Positions 18,706 to 29,359 are shown, numbered from the stretch's first letter. The stretch: 57,718 bases of DNA from Ancylomarina sp. (GCF_041555295.1 NZ_JBFFKR010000001.1:1-57718); one strand, 5' to 3'. Translations and numbers: made by a program. The notes: generated by a model not told the origin, from the letters alone.

Positions 18706-19485
18706 ATGCAAAAACACCTAAATAGGTTATTGTGGGCAGCTTGCTTTATCACGGCAATTGCTTGTAATCCTCAGGCAAAGAAACAAGCTGGAATTTTAGA
18801 TTCTAATTCTAGTATCGACTCAAGTCTGGATCAGCAGGCTCTTCAGGATACGGCTTTTATTAATATGATTAATCATTATAAAATAGGGCTTGATTCTCAG
18901 ATGAATCATTTGGTTTCAGAAACCAGTGAAGCCATGATGTCTGGTAAACCTGAATCTTTATTGAGTAATTATATTGCCGATGCAATGCTTGCAATAGGTA
19001 ATAAATACTGCCAGGATAATAAGCTTGGACACGTTGTTGATCTGTCTATTATTAATAATGGCGGTTTGCGTACCAGTCTTCCAAAAGGAAATATATCAAC
19101 AGGGAAATTGTTTGAACTTTTACCTTTCGAAAATAAGTTGGTCATTATTGGAATGAAAGGTTCCGATTTGAAGAACGTGTTAAAATATCTTGCTGCTAAA
19201 AATGGAGAAGGTGTTTCTGGTATTAAGATGGGAATAAAAGATAGAAAAGTGGTTGATGTTAAAATTGGAGGAAAGGCCATAGACTTAAATAAGATCTATC
19301 ATCTTATCAGCATCGATTATTTGGTAAATGGAGGTGATGGTATGAACTCGTTTGACAAAAGAGAAAATTTCCGTCATATTCATATGAAATTACGTGAAGC
19401 AATTATTGAACATGCTAAGGTGTTGTATCAATCAGGTATTGGAATCAAGTCTGAATTAGATGGGAGGATTTACTATGAGCAGTAG
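18706..19485 (+). CDS. 5'-nucleotidase C-terminal (substrate-binding) domain lipoprotein
   Basis: Lipobox AIAC; NNGGLR, ELLPFEN, DYLVNGGD. Confidence 0.9.
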   Translation: MQKHLNRLLWAACFITAIACNPQAKKQAGILDSNSSIDSSLDQQALQDTAFINMINHYKIGLDSQMNHLVSETSEAMMSGKPESLLSNYIADAMLAIGNKYCQDNKLGHVVDLSIINNGGLRTSLPKGNISTGKLFELLPFENKLVIIGMKGSDLKNVLKYLAAKNGEGVSGIKMGIKDRKVVDVKIGGKAIDLNKIYHLISIDYLVNGGDGMNSFDKRENFRHIHMKLREAIIEHAKVLYQSGIGIKSELDGRIYYEQ

Positions 19486-20410
19486 AAGAGATTTTTTTAA
19501 GAAGTTAGGAATGGGAGGCCTGTTTTTAGGATTTGGCGGATATACTTTAGCTTCTCAAGCAGCAAAAAACAAATTGACAAAAATCACCTTATTACATACC
19601 AATGATATGCATTCTCATATCGATCCATTTCCAGAATCAGACCCAAAACATCCAGGTTTAGGAGGATTTGCTCGTATTAATGCTTTGGTGAAAAGAATTA
19701 GAGCAACTGAAGAACATACCTTATTACTCGATTGTGGCGACATTTATCAAGGGACTCCTTATTTCAATTTCTTTAAAGGGGAAGCCGAATTAAAATTGAT
19801 GTCTAAAATAGGATACGATGCGGGTACTATTGGAAATCACGAATTCGATAATGGCCTTGTTGGTATTTCTTCTCAGATGAAACACATGAACTTCCCATTC
19901 ATTAATTCAAATTACGATTTTACCGGTACCAAATTGGAAGGGGAAATTAAGCCGTACCAAATTTTTAATAGAGGGAATATCAAAATTGGTGTTTTTGGAT
20001 TAGGTGTTGAACTGGATGGTTTAGTTTCGAGTAAGAATTGTGAAGGCGTGGTTTATAACGATCCTATTTCTGTTGCCGAAAATATGATAAAGATTTTGAA
20101 AGAGGAACAAAATTGTGACCTAGTTATTTGTCTGTCTCATATTGGTTATAGTAGTCAGACTGATGAAATGTGTGATTTGAAATTAGCTAAAGAAACCAGT
20201 GGAATCGATGTCATTTTGGGTGGACATTCACATACTTTATTGGAAACTGCAACACGTGTTCGTAATTTAGATGGAAACGAAGTTGTGATCAATCAGGTGG
20301 GTTGGGCCGGTATCGCTCTTGGACGAATTGATTTTTATATCGATAAGGAGGAAGGGACTAAGCTTGCAAGTTCAACTCTGCATACCATTGATAAAAGATT
20401 GGAAGCCTAA
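19475..20410 (+). CDS. 5'-nucleotidase N-terminal metallophosphatase with Tat signal
   Basis: SRRDFFK; LHTNDMHS, DCGD, GNHEFD, GGHSH. Confidence 0.92.
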   Translation: MSSRRDFFKKLGMGGLFLGFGGYTLASQAAKNKLTKITLLHTNDMHSHIDPFPESDPKHPGLGGFARINALVKRIRATEEHTLLLDCGDIYQGTPYFNFFKGEAELKLMSKIGYDAGTIGNHEFDNGLVGISSQMKHMNFPFINSNYDFTGTKLEGEIKPYQIFNRGNIKIGVFGLGVELDGLVSSKNCEGVVYNDPISVAENMIKILKEEQNCDLVICLSHIGYSSQTDEMCDLKLAKETSGIDVILGGHSHTLLETATRVRNLDGNEVVINQVGWAGIALGRIDFYIDKEEGTKLASSTLHTIDKRLEA

Positions 20411-20451
20411 AATTTGGATATGATCCAGCTATTGGATTAGAATAACAGACT

Positions 20452-21354
20452 ATGAAGAAATTATTAAAAAAACTGGACAAGTCTAATATGGCCTATTTTG
20501 AAGGTGTCCTTTCAATAATTGCTAACCTCTTATTGTTTGCTCTAAAATATTGGGCAGGTATAGTTACAGGATCTATTGCTATTATGGCTGATGCCTGGCA
20601 TACTTTATCAGATAGCTTGAGTTCGGTTATCGTATTATTAGGAGCAAAATTTTCAAAGAAACCTGCTGATAAGGATCACCCTTTCGGTCATGGTCGTGCC
20701 GATTTAATTGCGGCTTTTGTAATTGGGATTATGCTTTTACTTGTTGCTTTCGATTTTATTTTAGAATCATATGATGCTCTGAAAAATAGAGAAAGTTCTA
20801 TGTTTGGAAGCTTGGCTATTTATGTCATGATTGCATCAGTGATATTGAAGGAACTTCTGGCTCAGTTTGCATTTTGGGGCGCAAAAAAAACAGAATCAAA
20901 AGTTTTAAAGGCGGATGCCTGGCATCATAGAAGCGATGCCATATCATCTTTGGTTATTTTGGCTGGTATATTTTTAGGTAAGTATTTTTGGTGGATCGAT
21001 GGAGTTTTAGGACTAATTGTAGCTTTGTTAATTGGTTATGCCGCTTATGAAATCATTAGAGATTCAATCTATACCTTGTTAGGGGAAAGTCCTTCTAAAG
21101 ATATTATTGACAAACTTAAATTAACATGTAAGCGTTGTTACCCTGAAAATTTATATCCACATCATTTCCATGTCCATTCTTATGGTGATCACAATGAAAT
21201 CACTTTTCATATTTGTTTACCTCCTGAAATGACAATTCGGGAAGCCCATGAGATCGTAGATTATATCGAAAATCAGATTGCAAAGGAACATTCCTATTCA
21301 GCCACCTTGCATATCGATCCTAATGACCAGGAACATATAAGTATCGATTCTTAA
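20452..21354 (+). CDS. Cation diffusion facilitator (FieF-like)
   Basis: ADAWHTLSD, HPFGHGR, ADAWHHRSD. Confidence 0.92.
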   Translation: MKKLLKKLDKSNMAYFEGVLSIIANLLLFALKYWAGIVTGSIAIMADAWHTLSDSLSSVIVLLGAKFSKKPADKDHPFGHGRADLIAAFVIGIMLLLVAFDFILESYDALKNRESSMFGSLAIYVMIASVILKELLAQFAFWGAKKTESKVLKADAWHHRSDAISSLVILAGIFLGKYFWWIDGVLGLIVALLIGYAAYEIIRDSIYTLLGESPSKDIIDKLKLTCKRCYPENLYPHHFHVHSYGDHNEITFHICLPPEMTIREAHEIVDYIENQIAKEHSYSATLHIDPNDQEHISIDS

Positions 21355-22298
21355 ATTGTAATCTTAGCTTTTGCGACCATCAAGTTTTTCTTTGCAAAGA
21401 AAACAGCGATTATAGCGCCCCCGATAACACATGCAGCACCCATCATTGAAACCGGATCAAGGTTTTCGGTTTTGATCCATTGTACGTTCATACTCGAAAG
21501 AACAGCCATCGCTATTAGCGTGATGATCGGATTTAATGTAACAATGATGCTCACTTTATAGGCTTCGGTGTATTTAAATGCAAAAGCGAGAGATCCATAA
21601 GCGACTAAAGTATTTACACCAAGGAAAATGACAATCAGCCAAATAGGCAAACTCAATTCAGCGAAAGCAGGAAAGTCAACAGTGGGTGTATAGAGCAATG
21701 CGGGTAGACCATAAAGAAACATGTTCAGTGTTTGAGCTGGGTGTTTCTGTACCAATTTCTTTTGTAAGGCCGCATATAGTACCCAAGCTACGGCTCCAAT
21801 TTCAATCCAAAGAAAGCCGTTATTAAAAGCCTGAGGATCGTGAAGAAAACCTTGTAGCTGATTTTGATAAAATAATATAAGACCGATTCCAGCAATAGCA
21901 AAGCCTCCCATTTGTTTTATGTTCAGTCTTTCTTTATAGACTATAAAACCGACTAATGCCAGAAGTATTGGCCCGGTTTGAATAATGATTTGTGCATTAC
22001 TAGGGCTTGTATAATTCACCCCTTGCAGAAAACCAATATAGTTTAAGCCTAAGGCTAAAGATGCTATTACGAGTAAAACAGGTGGTCGTCTAAATATTTG
22101 AAGTTGTTGTCTATCCGTAAATAGGTAGTAGATAATGAGAACACCAGCTGCAAAAGTAAATCGGAACCAAACAATGGAATTTGGGTCAAGATATTTAAGA
22201 CTGACCTTCAGGAAAATAGGTAGAAAGCCCCAAAGAAATGCTGTTAGGCAAGCAAATAAAACCCCTTTAAGATTTGTTGATATTCCTGAATTTCCCAT
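21351..22298 (-). CDS. DMT/EamA family transporter
   Basis: WGFLP, WFRF, two EamA repeats, ~10 TM. Confidence 0.9.
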   Translation of the reverse strand: MGNSGISTNLKGVLFACLTAFLWGFLPIFLKVSLKYLDPNSIVWFRFTFAAGVLIIYYLFTDRQQLQIFRRPPVLLVIASLALGLNYIGFLQGVNYTSPSNAQIIIQTGPILLALVGFIVYKERLNIKQMGGFAIAGIGLILFYQNQLQGFLHDPQAFNNGFLWIEIGAVAWVLYAALQKKLVQKHPAQTLNMFLYGLPALLYTPTVDFPAFAELSLPIWLIVIFLGVNTLVAYGSLAFAFKYTEAYKVSIIVTLNPIITLIAMAVLSSMNVQWIKTENLDPVSMMGAACVIGGAIIAVFFAKKNLMVAKAKITI

Positions 22299-22451
22299 TA
22301 TGGTCGGATTGAGTTATTTAGAATGAATTTAATCAGGACGAAAGTAAACTAAATTTTCAAAATAAAAGCTGCCTAAAGTATGATTTTAGTCTTGTTTTCA
22401 ATTTTAGAGCATTTCAGTTTGTGGCTTGTTTATGATGTTGTTATCTTGGTT

Positions 22452-23153
22452 TTAAGCATTCGGTAAGTCAAAACAGACGTAACCTAGAGCTTTCCATACT
22501 TCTAGAACTTGATTTAAGCCAATTTCGAAACTAGAAAATTCAGAATTGTCGGAATGAAGGATAAATTGATTGTTTTCGAGGTCTTTTTGAATTCGTTTAT
22601 ACACAATACCATCTTCAGAGCTCACAACGACATGGCAAGAGCCATTGCGTAGAAGTTCCCAATCTTGCACATATTCACAAATAATATAAGCCCCAGCAGG
22701 AATTGGCAACATACTTTCACCTTCAATTTGAAAAGCACGATAACTTTTGTTTTCTGATAGTTCAGCAAAAGGCATTCTGAAATTGGGCAACTCACTTATA
22801 AACTCTGTATCTGAGTAACCATTTAAGTAGCCAGCAGCGGCCTTTACTGGAACTAAAGTTATCATTTCTTCATTTTGAGCATCCACAACAATAGGAAGGA
22901 TTCTCAATTTGTCACCTTTGGTGTCTTGAAGTTTCTCTCTATCTAATGCACTAATATCTGTCAGTACTAATTCATCAAGATTTCTATTAAAGAAGTTGGT
23001 GAATTTAAGTAGAGTCTCAAGCTTAGGTGTTGATCTCTTTTTTTCGTAAGCCGATATTGATGAAGCTCCAATCCCTGTTTTAAAAGAGAGTTTACTTTGT
23101 GATAATCGTTTTCTGAGACGGAGATATTTTAGATTAGGTGCTAGATACTGCAT
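22452..23153 (-). CDS. XRE HTH plus peptidase S24 (LexA/CI-like) repressor
   Basis: N-terminal HTH; KAAAGY cleavage region; GESM Ser; VYKR Lys. Confidence 0.88.
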   Translation of the reverse strand: MQYLAPNLKYLRLRKRLSQSKLSFKTGIGASSISAYEKKRSTPKLETLLKFTNFFNRNLDELVLTDISALDREKLQDTKGDKLRILPIVVDAQNEEMITLVPVKAAAGYLNGYSDTEFISELPNFRMPFAELSENKSYRAFQIEGESMLPIPAGAYIICEYVQDWELLRNGSCHVVVSSEDGIVYKRIQKDLENNQFILHSDNSEFSSFEIGLNQVLEVWKALGYVCFDLPNA

Positions 23154-23193
23154 GTTGTTTGGTCTGAGGGATGTGATAAACTAAAAATTCGTG

Positions 23194-23201
23194 CAAAAGT
23201 A
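23194..23201 (-). promoter_or_regulatory. -7 promoter element for the repressor gene
   Basis: TACTTTTG. Confidence 0.55.
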
Positions 23202-23267
23202 AAGAATACTTGTTGATAATGGCCTCGAATTCTTGTAATTTGGACTTACAAAATCAAAATAAATCAT

Positions 23268-24662
23268 ATGACGACAAGTATAAAAGTTAAATCACCATTT
23301 AATGGTCGATTGCTTCAGGAAATCCCTTTAATGAACGAACAGCTTGTAGAAGAGAAAATGGCTAAAGCCCATGCTCTTTTTAAAGATCGCTCGCGCTGGC
23401 TTAAACCTTACGAGCGAATCGCAATCCTTGAGCGAACTAAGAAATTGATGGAAGCTCGAGTTGAAGAGCTAACAATAATAGCAGCTTCTGAGGGAGGAAA
23501 GCCCTATCAGGATTCTAAGGTTGAAGTTTTGCGTGCTATTAATGGCGTTCAGTTAGCCATAGAATATATTGGGCAGATAAAAGGCGATCAAATTCCTATG
23601 GGAATAACTGCAGCTTCTTTAAATCGTTTGGCTTTTACCATGCCTGAACCAATTGGTGTGGTATTGAGTATTTCAGCATTTAATCACCCTTTAAATTTAG
23701 CGGTGCATCAAATTGTTCCTGCTTTTGCTGTGGGCTGTCCAGTCATTATTAAACCAGCAAGTAGTACGCCTATGTCGGCTATCGAACTTGTTAAGATGAT
23801 GATAGAGGCTGGATTACCTGTTGATTGGGCTGAGGTGGTAGTTTGTAATCGTGAAAATGCTGAGCTTATGGTGAAGGATCGTCGTGTGAATTATTTTTCC
23901 TTTATAGGTTCGGCTGAAGTCGGCTGGGCTTTGCGCTCGAAGTTAGCTCCTGGTACGCACTGTGCTATGGAACATGGCGGTTCTGCTCCAGTTATTGTAG
24001 AACCCGATACCGATATTAACGATGCTATTTCTTTATTAGGGAAAGGGGCTTTTTATCATGCAGGTCAAGTTTGTGTTTCTGTACAAAGAGTTTTTGTTCA
24101 CGATTCAATTATGGATGAGTTTAGTATGAAGCTGGTTGCATATGCTAAAAGTATAAAAGTTGGTGATCCTCTTGATCCATTCATTGAGGTTGGCCCTTTG
24201 ATTGATTCTTGTGAACAAGAGAGAGTTCATAAATGGGTAAATGAGGCTGTTGAAGAAGGAGCAGAGCTATTATGTGGTGGACGTAAGTGTATGGCGACTT
24301 GTTATCAACCTACCGTTTTACTAGATCCTTCCGAGGATTCAAAAGTTTCAAAATTGGAAGTTTTTGGACCAGTTGTCTGTCTATACACTTATAGTAAGTT
24401 ACAAGAAGCTATTGACCGAAGTAATTCCCTGGATTTAGCTTTTCAGGCTTCCATTTTCACCAAAAATATGGATAAGGCTCTTGATGCTGTTAGTCAGTTA
24501 AATGCTTCGGCAGTGATGATAAATGACCATACAGCTTTTCGTGTGGATTGGATGCCGTTTGGAGGTCGAGATTCGTCAGGAATTGGAGTCGGAGGAATTC
24601 CTTATTCAATGAAAGAAATGACTCGTGACAAGTTAATGGTCATCCGATCTAAATCGATTTAG
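23268..24662 (+). CDS. NAD(P)-dependent aldehyde dehydrogenase
   Basis: AFNHP, FIGSAEVG, EHGG, AGQVCVS, EVFGP. Confidence 0.93.
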   Translation: MTTSIKVKSPFNGRLLQEIPLMNEQLVEEKMAKAHALFKDRSRWLKPYERIAILERTKKLMEARVEELTIIAASEGGKPYQDSKVEVLRAINGVQLAIEYIGQIKGDQIPMGITAASLNRLAFTMPEPIGVVLSISAFNHPLNLAVHQIVPAFAVGCPVIIKPASSTPMSAIELVKMMIEAGLPVDWAEVVVCNRENAELMVKDRRVNYFSFIGSAEVGWALRSKLAPGTHCAMEHGGSAPVIVEPDTDINDAISLLGKGAFYHAGQVCVSVQRVFVHDSIMDEFSMKLVAYAKSIKVGDPLDPFIEVGPLIDSCEQERVHKWVNEAVEEGAELLCGGRKCMATCYQPTVLLDPSEDSKVSKLEVFGPVVCLYTYSKLQEAIDRSNSLDLAFQASIFTKNMDKALDAVSQLNASAVMINDHTAFRVDWMPFGGRDSSGIGVGGIPYSMKEMTRDKLMVIRSKSI

Positions 24663-24670
24663 ATAATATA

Positions 24671-24704
24671 AGAAGAGGCTGTCTCGATGGACAGCCTTTC
24701 TTCT
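24671..24704. terminator. Terminator between convergent genes
   Basis: AGGCTGTC-TCGATG-GACAGCCT stem with purine/pyrimidine flanks. Confidence 0.75.
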
Positions 24705-24720
24705 ATTATGAGTATTGAAA

Positions 24721-25224
24721 TTACTCCATATGTTTTAGATTGACTCCATATAGAATGATGAATAGAATCGCTATGGCTATTGTGCTAATAATTGAAACTA
24801 GCCCTATTTCCATCCCAATGATACCTACAGGGACTAACATCCAAAACAAATTGGAACCAGCGTAAACATAAAAACCGGTTTTTTTCATTTGAAACATTAA
24901 GAATGCTCCAAGAACGCTTAACAGGGCAAAAAAGATATTAGCTAAATAAAAAGTATCAAGGTTTTGTGAGGTCTTTTCAAGAATATACTGTGCTTTAATC
25001 ATTCCGTCATAGATCATTCCTGAATCTTGTCCTGCATCTTCAAGGTTTTCTATAGTTTCAGCAAACATACCTGCTTTTTGAGGATAAGTCTTCTCGAAAG
25101 TAAGATAGTCGTATCCAAGATATAGAATACCATAAGCTCCACTCCAAATAAAAGTAAGTATACAAAGTACAGTAATAAATGTTGGTCTTTTTTTAGCTAA
25201 TACAACTTGAGTAATGTCTTCCAT
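24721..25224 (-). CDS. Hypothetical 4-TM membrane protein (paralog 1)
   Basis: RPTFITVLCILTFI...GAFLMFQMKKTGFYVY...LYGVNLKHME. Confidence 0.8.
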   Translation of the reverse strand: MEDITQVVLAKKRPTFITVLCILTFIWSGAYGILYLGYDYLTFEKTYPQKAGMFAETIENLEDAGQDSGMIYDGMIKAQYILEKTSQNLDTFYLANIFFALLSVLGAFLMFQMKKTGFYVYAGSNLFWMLVPVGIIGMEIGLVSIISTIAIAILFIILYGVNLKHME

Positions 25225-25274
25225 GGGTATAAAATTAATGTGTTAGTATAGGTTATTAGTTGATTATTGAATAA

Positions 25275-25757
25275 TTAAGACATGTGCTTTAGATTGATCG
25301 CATATAGCGCGATAAATAAAACGGAGAAAAAGCCAGAGAATAAAAGAGCCATACTGACAAATATATTCCATCCTAGAAATACAGGACCAATAAATAAGAA
25401 ACCTACTTGTGCAGCTATATAGAGATAGAATCCAATTTTTTTCATCTGAAACATCATAATGGCACCAATTAAGCTTAAAGCATAGAATATAAATTTAGAA
25501 AGAGTAATGGCGAGAAAGTTATCTATGACTACAAGTACCATGTCCAGAGCTTCTTTTGCAAACATGTCACCAGGATCGTTACCTAATTGACTATAGGCTT
25601 CATCTAACATGGATGGCTGAAACAAATCCATAAAAGGAGCTGCAAACATGGCCATTAAATTGGCAAAAACACCAAAGCCACTACCTATAAATGTAAGAAC
25701 ACAGAGTGCCGTAAGTAGAATTGGACGAGGTTTAGGGTAAACAGATATTGTTTCCAT
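25275..25757 (-). CDS. Hypothetical 4-TM membrane protein (paralog 2)
   Basis: RPILLTALCVLTFI...GAIMMFQMKKIGFYLY...LYAINLKHMS. Confidence 0.8.
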   Translation of the reverse strand: METISVYPKPRPILLTALCVLTFIGSGFGVFANLMAMFAAPFMDLFQPSMLDEAYSQLGNDPGDMFAKEALDMVLVVIDNFLAITLSKFIFYALSLIGAIMMFQMKKIGFYLYIAAQVGFLFIGPVFLGWNIFVSMALLFSGFFSVLFIALYAINLKHMS

Positions 25758-26200
25758 ATTAGGTTTTGTTTTGGGTTATTATTTATCCAGCTATGAATTG
25801 TTTTTGACGGTAATAAATGTACAAAAAAGCTAACAATTAATTACATAAAATAGATAAGCACTGTAAATCACTCGATTTTGATATCTCTAGCTCCTATGAA
25901 TCAAAATAAACTAAGAAATGAATCCCTAATTTTCAAATATTAAATTTATTGATTATTAGCTGTTTATTGTATTATTCAAAAGCTATTGTAAAAAAGGTCT
26001 TAAATGTTTTTTTAATAGGTCTAATTGCCTATTTTTGGGAAATTGAAAAGAGGTGGGAATCATGCTTTTTTTAAGGTAATTACAACTTGTAATTCAGCGG
26101 ATTGTAATTGATTTGAGTTTTGATTTTAATGAATATTTAGGATCTAACTTATAGAATAGCACTGACAGATTTTTTAAAATAAACAAAAGAAAAAACAACA

Positions 26201-27481
26201 ATGGAAAGAGATACTCTTATTTTCGACCTGATTGGACAAGAACACAATCGTCAGAAAGAAGGAATCGAATTGATCGCTTCAGAGAACTTTGTAAGTGAGC
26301 AAGTAATGCAGGCTATGGGTTCATGTTTAACTAACAAGTATGCTGAAGGATATCCTGGTAAGCGTTACTATGGTGGTTGTCAGATCGTAGATCAAACTGA
26401 GCAATTGGCAATTGACAGAGCTTGTGAATTATTTGGTGCAGAGTATGCTAATGTTCAGCCTCACTCAGGCGCTCAAGCAAATGCAGCTGTATTCTATGCT
26501 TGTATGAAACCAGGTGATACTTTCTTGGGATTAGATTTGGCTCATGGAGGTCACCTTTCTCATGGTTCTCCAGTAAACCTTTCTGGTAATCTATACAATC
26601 CAATTCCTTACCATGTAAACGAGGAAACTGGTCTTGTTGATTATGATGAGGTAGAAGCTTTAGCTTTGGAGCACAATCCAAAAATGATTGTTGCAGGTGC
26701 ATCTGCTTACTCTCGTGATTGGGATTTCGTAAGATTGCGCGAAATTGCTGATAAAGTTGGTTGTTTATTAATGGCTGATATTGCTCACCCAGCTGGTCTT
26801 ATTGCTAAAGGCTTGTTGAGCAATCCAGTTCCTCATTGTCATGTTATTACAACTACGACTCACAAAACTCTTCGAGGACCTCGTGGAGGTTTGATTATTA
26901 TAGGTAAAGATTTTGAAAATCCTTGGGGACAAACAACTCCAAAAGGTGTTATCAAAATGATGTCTCAAGTAATAGATTTTGCTGTATTCCCAGGACAACA
27001 AGGTGGTCCTTTGGAGCACGTTATTGCTGCTAAAGCGGTTGCTTTTGGTGAAGCTTTAACTGATAGCTATAAAGACTATGCTATTCAAATGCAAAAGAAT
27101 GCTAAGGTTATGGCTGAAGAGTTCATGAAGCTTGGTTATAAGGTTGTTTCTAACGGAACTGATAACCACTCTATGTTGGTTGACCTTCGTTCTAAATTTC
27201 CAGAAATTACAGGTAAGAAAGTTGAGAATATTTTGGTGAAAGCTGATATCACTATCAACAAGAACATGGTTCCATTTGATACGCGTTCTCCATTCTCTAC
27301 TTCTGGTATCCGTGTGGGTACTCCTGCTATCACAACTCGTGGTCTTAAGGAAGCAGAAATGCCAATTATTGTCGCAATGATTGATGAGGTAATCTCGAAC
27401 ATCGATAACGAAGAAGTTATTGCTTCAGTTAAAACTCGTGTTAATGAATTGATGACTGAGCGTCCAATGTTTGCTTGGTAA
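26201..27481 (+). CDS. glyA: Serine hydroxymethyltransferase
   Basis: [25 protein letters not shown]-lysine motif [13 protein letters not shown]. Confidence 0.98.
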   Translation: MERDTLIFDLIGQEHNRQKEGIELIASENFVSEQVMQAMGSCLTNKYAEGYPGKRYYGGCQIVDQTEQLAIDRACELFGAEYANVQPHSGAQANAAVFYACMKPGDTFLGLDLAHGGHLSHGSPVNLSGNLYNPIPYHVNEETGLVDYDEVEALALEHNPKMIVAGASAYSRDWDFVRLREIADKVGCLLMADIAHPAGLIAKGLLSNPVPHCHVITTTTHKTLRGPRGGLIIIGKDFENPWGQTTPKGVIKMMSQVIDFAVFPGQQGGPLEHVIAAKAVAFGEALTDSYKDYAIQMQKNAKVMAEEFMKLGYKVVSNGTDNHSMLVDLRSKFPEITGKKVENILVKADITINKNMVPFDTRSPFSTSGIRVGTPAITTRGLKEAEMPIIVAMIDEVISNIDNEEVIASVKTRVNELMTERPMFAW

Positions 27482-27502
27482 TTTTTATTACTGATATATT
27501 TT

Positions 27503-27533
27503 AAAGGCTGCCCACTGGGTGGCCTTTATTTTT
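27503..27533 (+). terminator. glyA terminator
   Basis: AAAGGCTGCC/GGTGGCCTTT stem followed by ATTTTT. Confidence 0.75.
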
Positions 27534-27573
27534 ATACCTTGTCAGTGTTTTTTTGATATTAGTTGGATAAATT

Positions 27574-28350
27574 ATGGAATGGTACTCGTATATTTTAGTT
27601 GTTTTGGCAGGTGTATTTGCTGGTTTTATCAATGTCTTAGCTGGTAGTGGATCTATACTTATTTTAGCTCTTCTCATTTTTTTAGGCATACCGGCTACCG
27701 TGGCTAATGGAACCTTGCGTATTGCTATTTTAATGCAGAATATTGTTGGTGTAGCCAGTTTTAAACAGCAGAAAGTCTTCAACTACAAGGAAGGGATAGG
27801 TTTGGCATTACCTGCAATTGTTGGCTCTATTTTCGGGGCAATTTTTGCTGTTAATATCAATGAGGAAATCATGGAAAAGACCATTGGCGCAATCCTGATA
27901 GTTCTTTTCTTTATTGTACTTTATAAACCAGATGCCTGGGTAAAAGGTCAGGTGGGTAAAATGGGAAAGCGACCTAACTTGAGTCAACACATCATTTTCT
28001 TTTTTATAGGCTTTTACGGGGGATTTATTCAAGCTGGAGTGGGTTTCTTCCTTTTGGCAGGTTTAGTTCTGGGTGCAGGTTTTAATCTGGTTAAAGCCAA
28101 TGCTATAAAAATATTTATAGTTCTTCTTTATACGGCTTTTGCTCTTGTGATATTTATTTACAATGATCAGGTTGATTATAAAGTTGGATTAATTCTTGGA
28201 TTTGGTAATATGATAGGGGCTTGGTTTGGCACTAGATTCGCTGTTAGCTGGGGGGCCAAATATGTTCGTTATATTTTAATGGGAGTTATTATTGTTGCTT
28301 CAATCAAATTCTTAGGCGTATTTGATCTATTTATGATGATACTGAAATAG
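27574..28350 (+). CDS. TauE/SafE (TSUP) family transporter
   Basis: AGFINVLAGSGS, ANGT, GFYGGFIQAGVG. Confidence 0.9.
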   Translation: MEWYSYILVVLAGVFAGFINVLAGSGSILILALLIFLGIPATVANGTLRIAILMQNIVGVASFKQQKVFNYKEGIGLALPAIVGSIFGAIFAVNINEEIMEKTIGAILIVLFFIVLYKPDAWVKGQVGKMGKRPNLSQHIIFFFIGFYGGFIQAGVGFFLLAGLVLGAGFNLVKANAIKIFIVLLYTAFALVIFIYNDQVDYKVGLILGFGNMIGAWFGTRFAVSWGAKYVRYILMGVIIVASIKFLGVFDLFMMILK

Positions 28351-28408
28351 AACCGTGATTTGATTCCAGCTAATTGAAGAAGCTAGAAGTTTAGGTTTCA
28401 TTCAAACT

Positions 28409-29356
28409 CTAATCCAATTGAAAGTGATAGGTAATCGTTCCACGTTGATAAGCTGGAGCTTTACTGTCTGAATTGAATTTTGCTTTCAGTGCTGCTCTTT
28501 TTGCCGCTTCGAGTAGAGTAATATTTGTCGTTGTTGAACCGGAAACTCCTGGACGTGCATTAGTCACCTTCCCATTGCGATCAACTGTTACCTCTACCAC
28601 AACTTTCCCACTTTCTTGAAGATTGTATTTCGGCTTAGGAATTGATATCGAATTTCTCCCTTTTAGATCAAAAGAATAACCTTTATTACTTAATCCACTA
28701 CTTGTGTAATTATTTGAATCAGGTGATCCATTTGTTTTTCCTTGATTTCCAGAAGGAAAAGTCTTGCCCTGTGAACTCGCATTTGATGTGCCACTACCAA
28801 AAGCATTCTTCGTTTTATTATTAATGTTTGTAATTTTTTCTTGACGAGCAATCTCAGCTAAGTTTTCACGTTCAATCTCTGCCAATCTTACTTGCTCGGC
28901 TTTCTCTTCATCAAGCCTTTTTTGCTCAGCAATACGTTTCTTATCGGCTTCGGTTTTTCTCGCTTTGTCTTGTTCTTTCTTCAGCTTTTTAGCTTTTTCT
29001 TTCCTTGCTTCTCTTTTTGCAATTTCTTCAGCAGAAGGTAAAGTTGGAGCATCTTCAGTATTCTGAGTTAATATTTTCTCCTTTGGAGAGCTTGTTATTT
29101 TCTTTATTGGTTTTACGACTTCTTTCTTTTTAAGAATAGGTTTAGGTTTTGACTTTTGGGCAGGTCGTGACTGTGCTGTAGCCGGTCTTTTCCTGCCAGC
29201 TCCTTGGTCGGTATTGCCAAAGTTGATAAGAATACCTTCTTCCTCAGGTAAGGGCAGGGGTGTACGGAAACCCAAAAAAAATAGGAGTGCAACAATTCCT
29301 GCGTGAAACAATAATGTTCCCACAAATCCTATTCGTTTACTTCTGGAATCCGTCAT
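28409..29356 (-). CDS. TonB/TolA-like energy transducer
   Basis: TM anchor with His (LLFHAG), K/E/A-rich linker, C-terminal GKVVVEVTVDRNGKV. Confidence 0.85.
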   Translation of the reverse strand: MTDSRSKRIGFVGTLLFHAGIVALLFFLGFRTPLPLPEEEGILINFGNTDQGAGRKRPATAQSRPAQKSKPKPILKKKEVVKPIKKITSSPKEKILTQNTEDAPTLPSAEEIAKREARKEKAKKLKKEQDKARKTEADKKRIAEQKRLDEEKAEQVRLAEIERENLAEIARQEKITNINNKTKNAFGSGTSNASSQGKTFPSGNQGKTNGSPDSNNYTSSGLSNKGYSFDLKGRNSISIPKPKYNLQESGKVVVEVTVDRNGKVTNARPGVSGSTTTNITLLEAAKRAALKAKFNSDSKAPAYQRGTITYHFQLD

Positions 29357-29359
29357 AAA

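Noticed and set aside
25760-26200. Glycine, ZTP or THF riboswitch upstream of glyA
   Set aside because: AGGTGGGAA superficially recalls the ZTP motif, but the other conserved elements and stems are absent.
28850-29140. Low-complexity repeats in the TonB-like gene
   Set aside because: Ordinary K/E/A-rich linker of TonB/TolA proteins.
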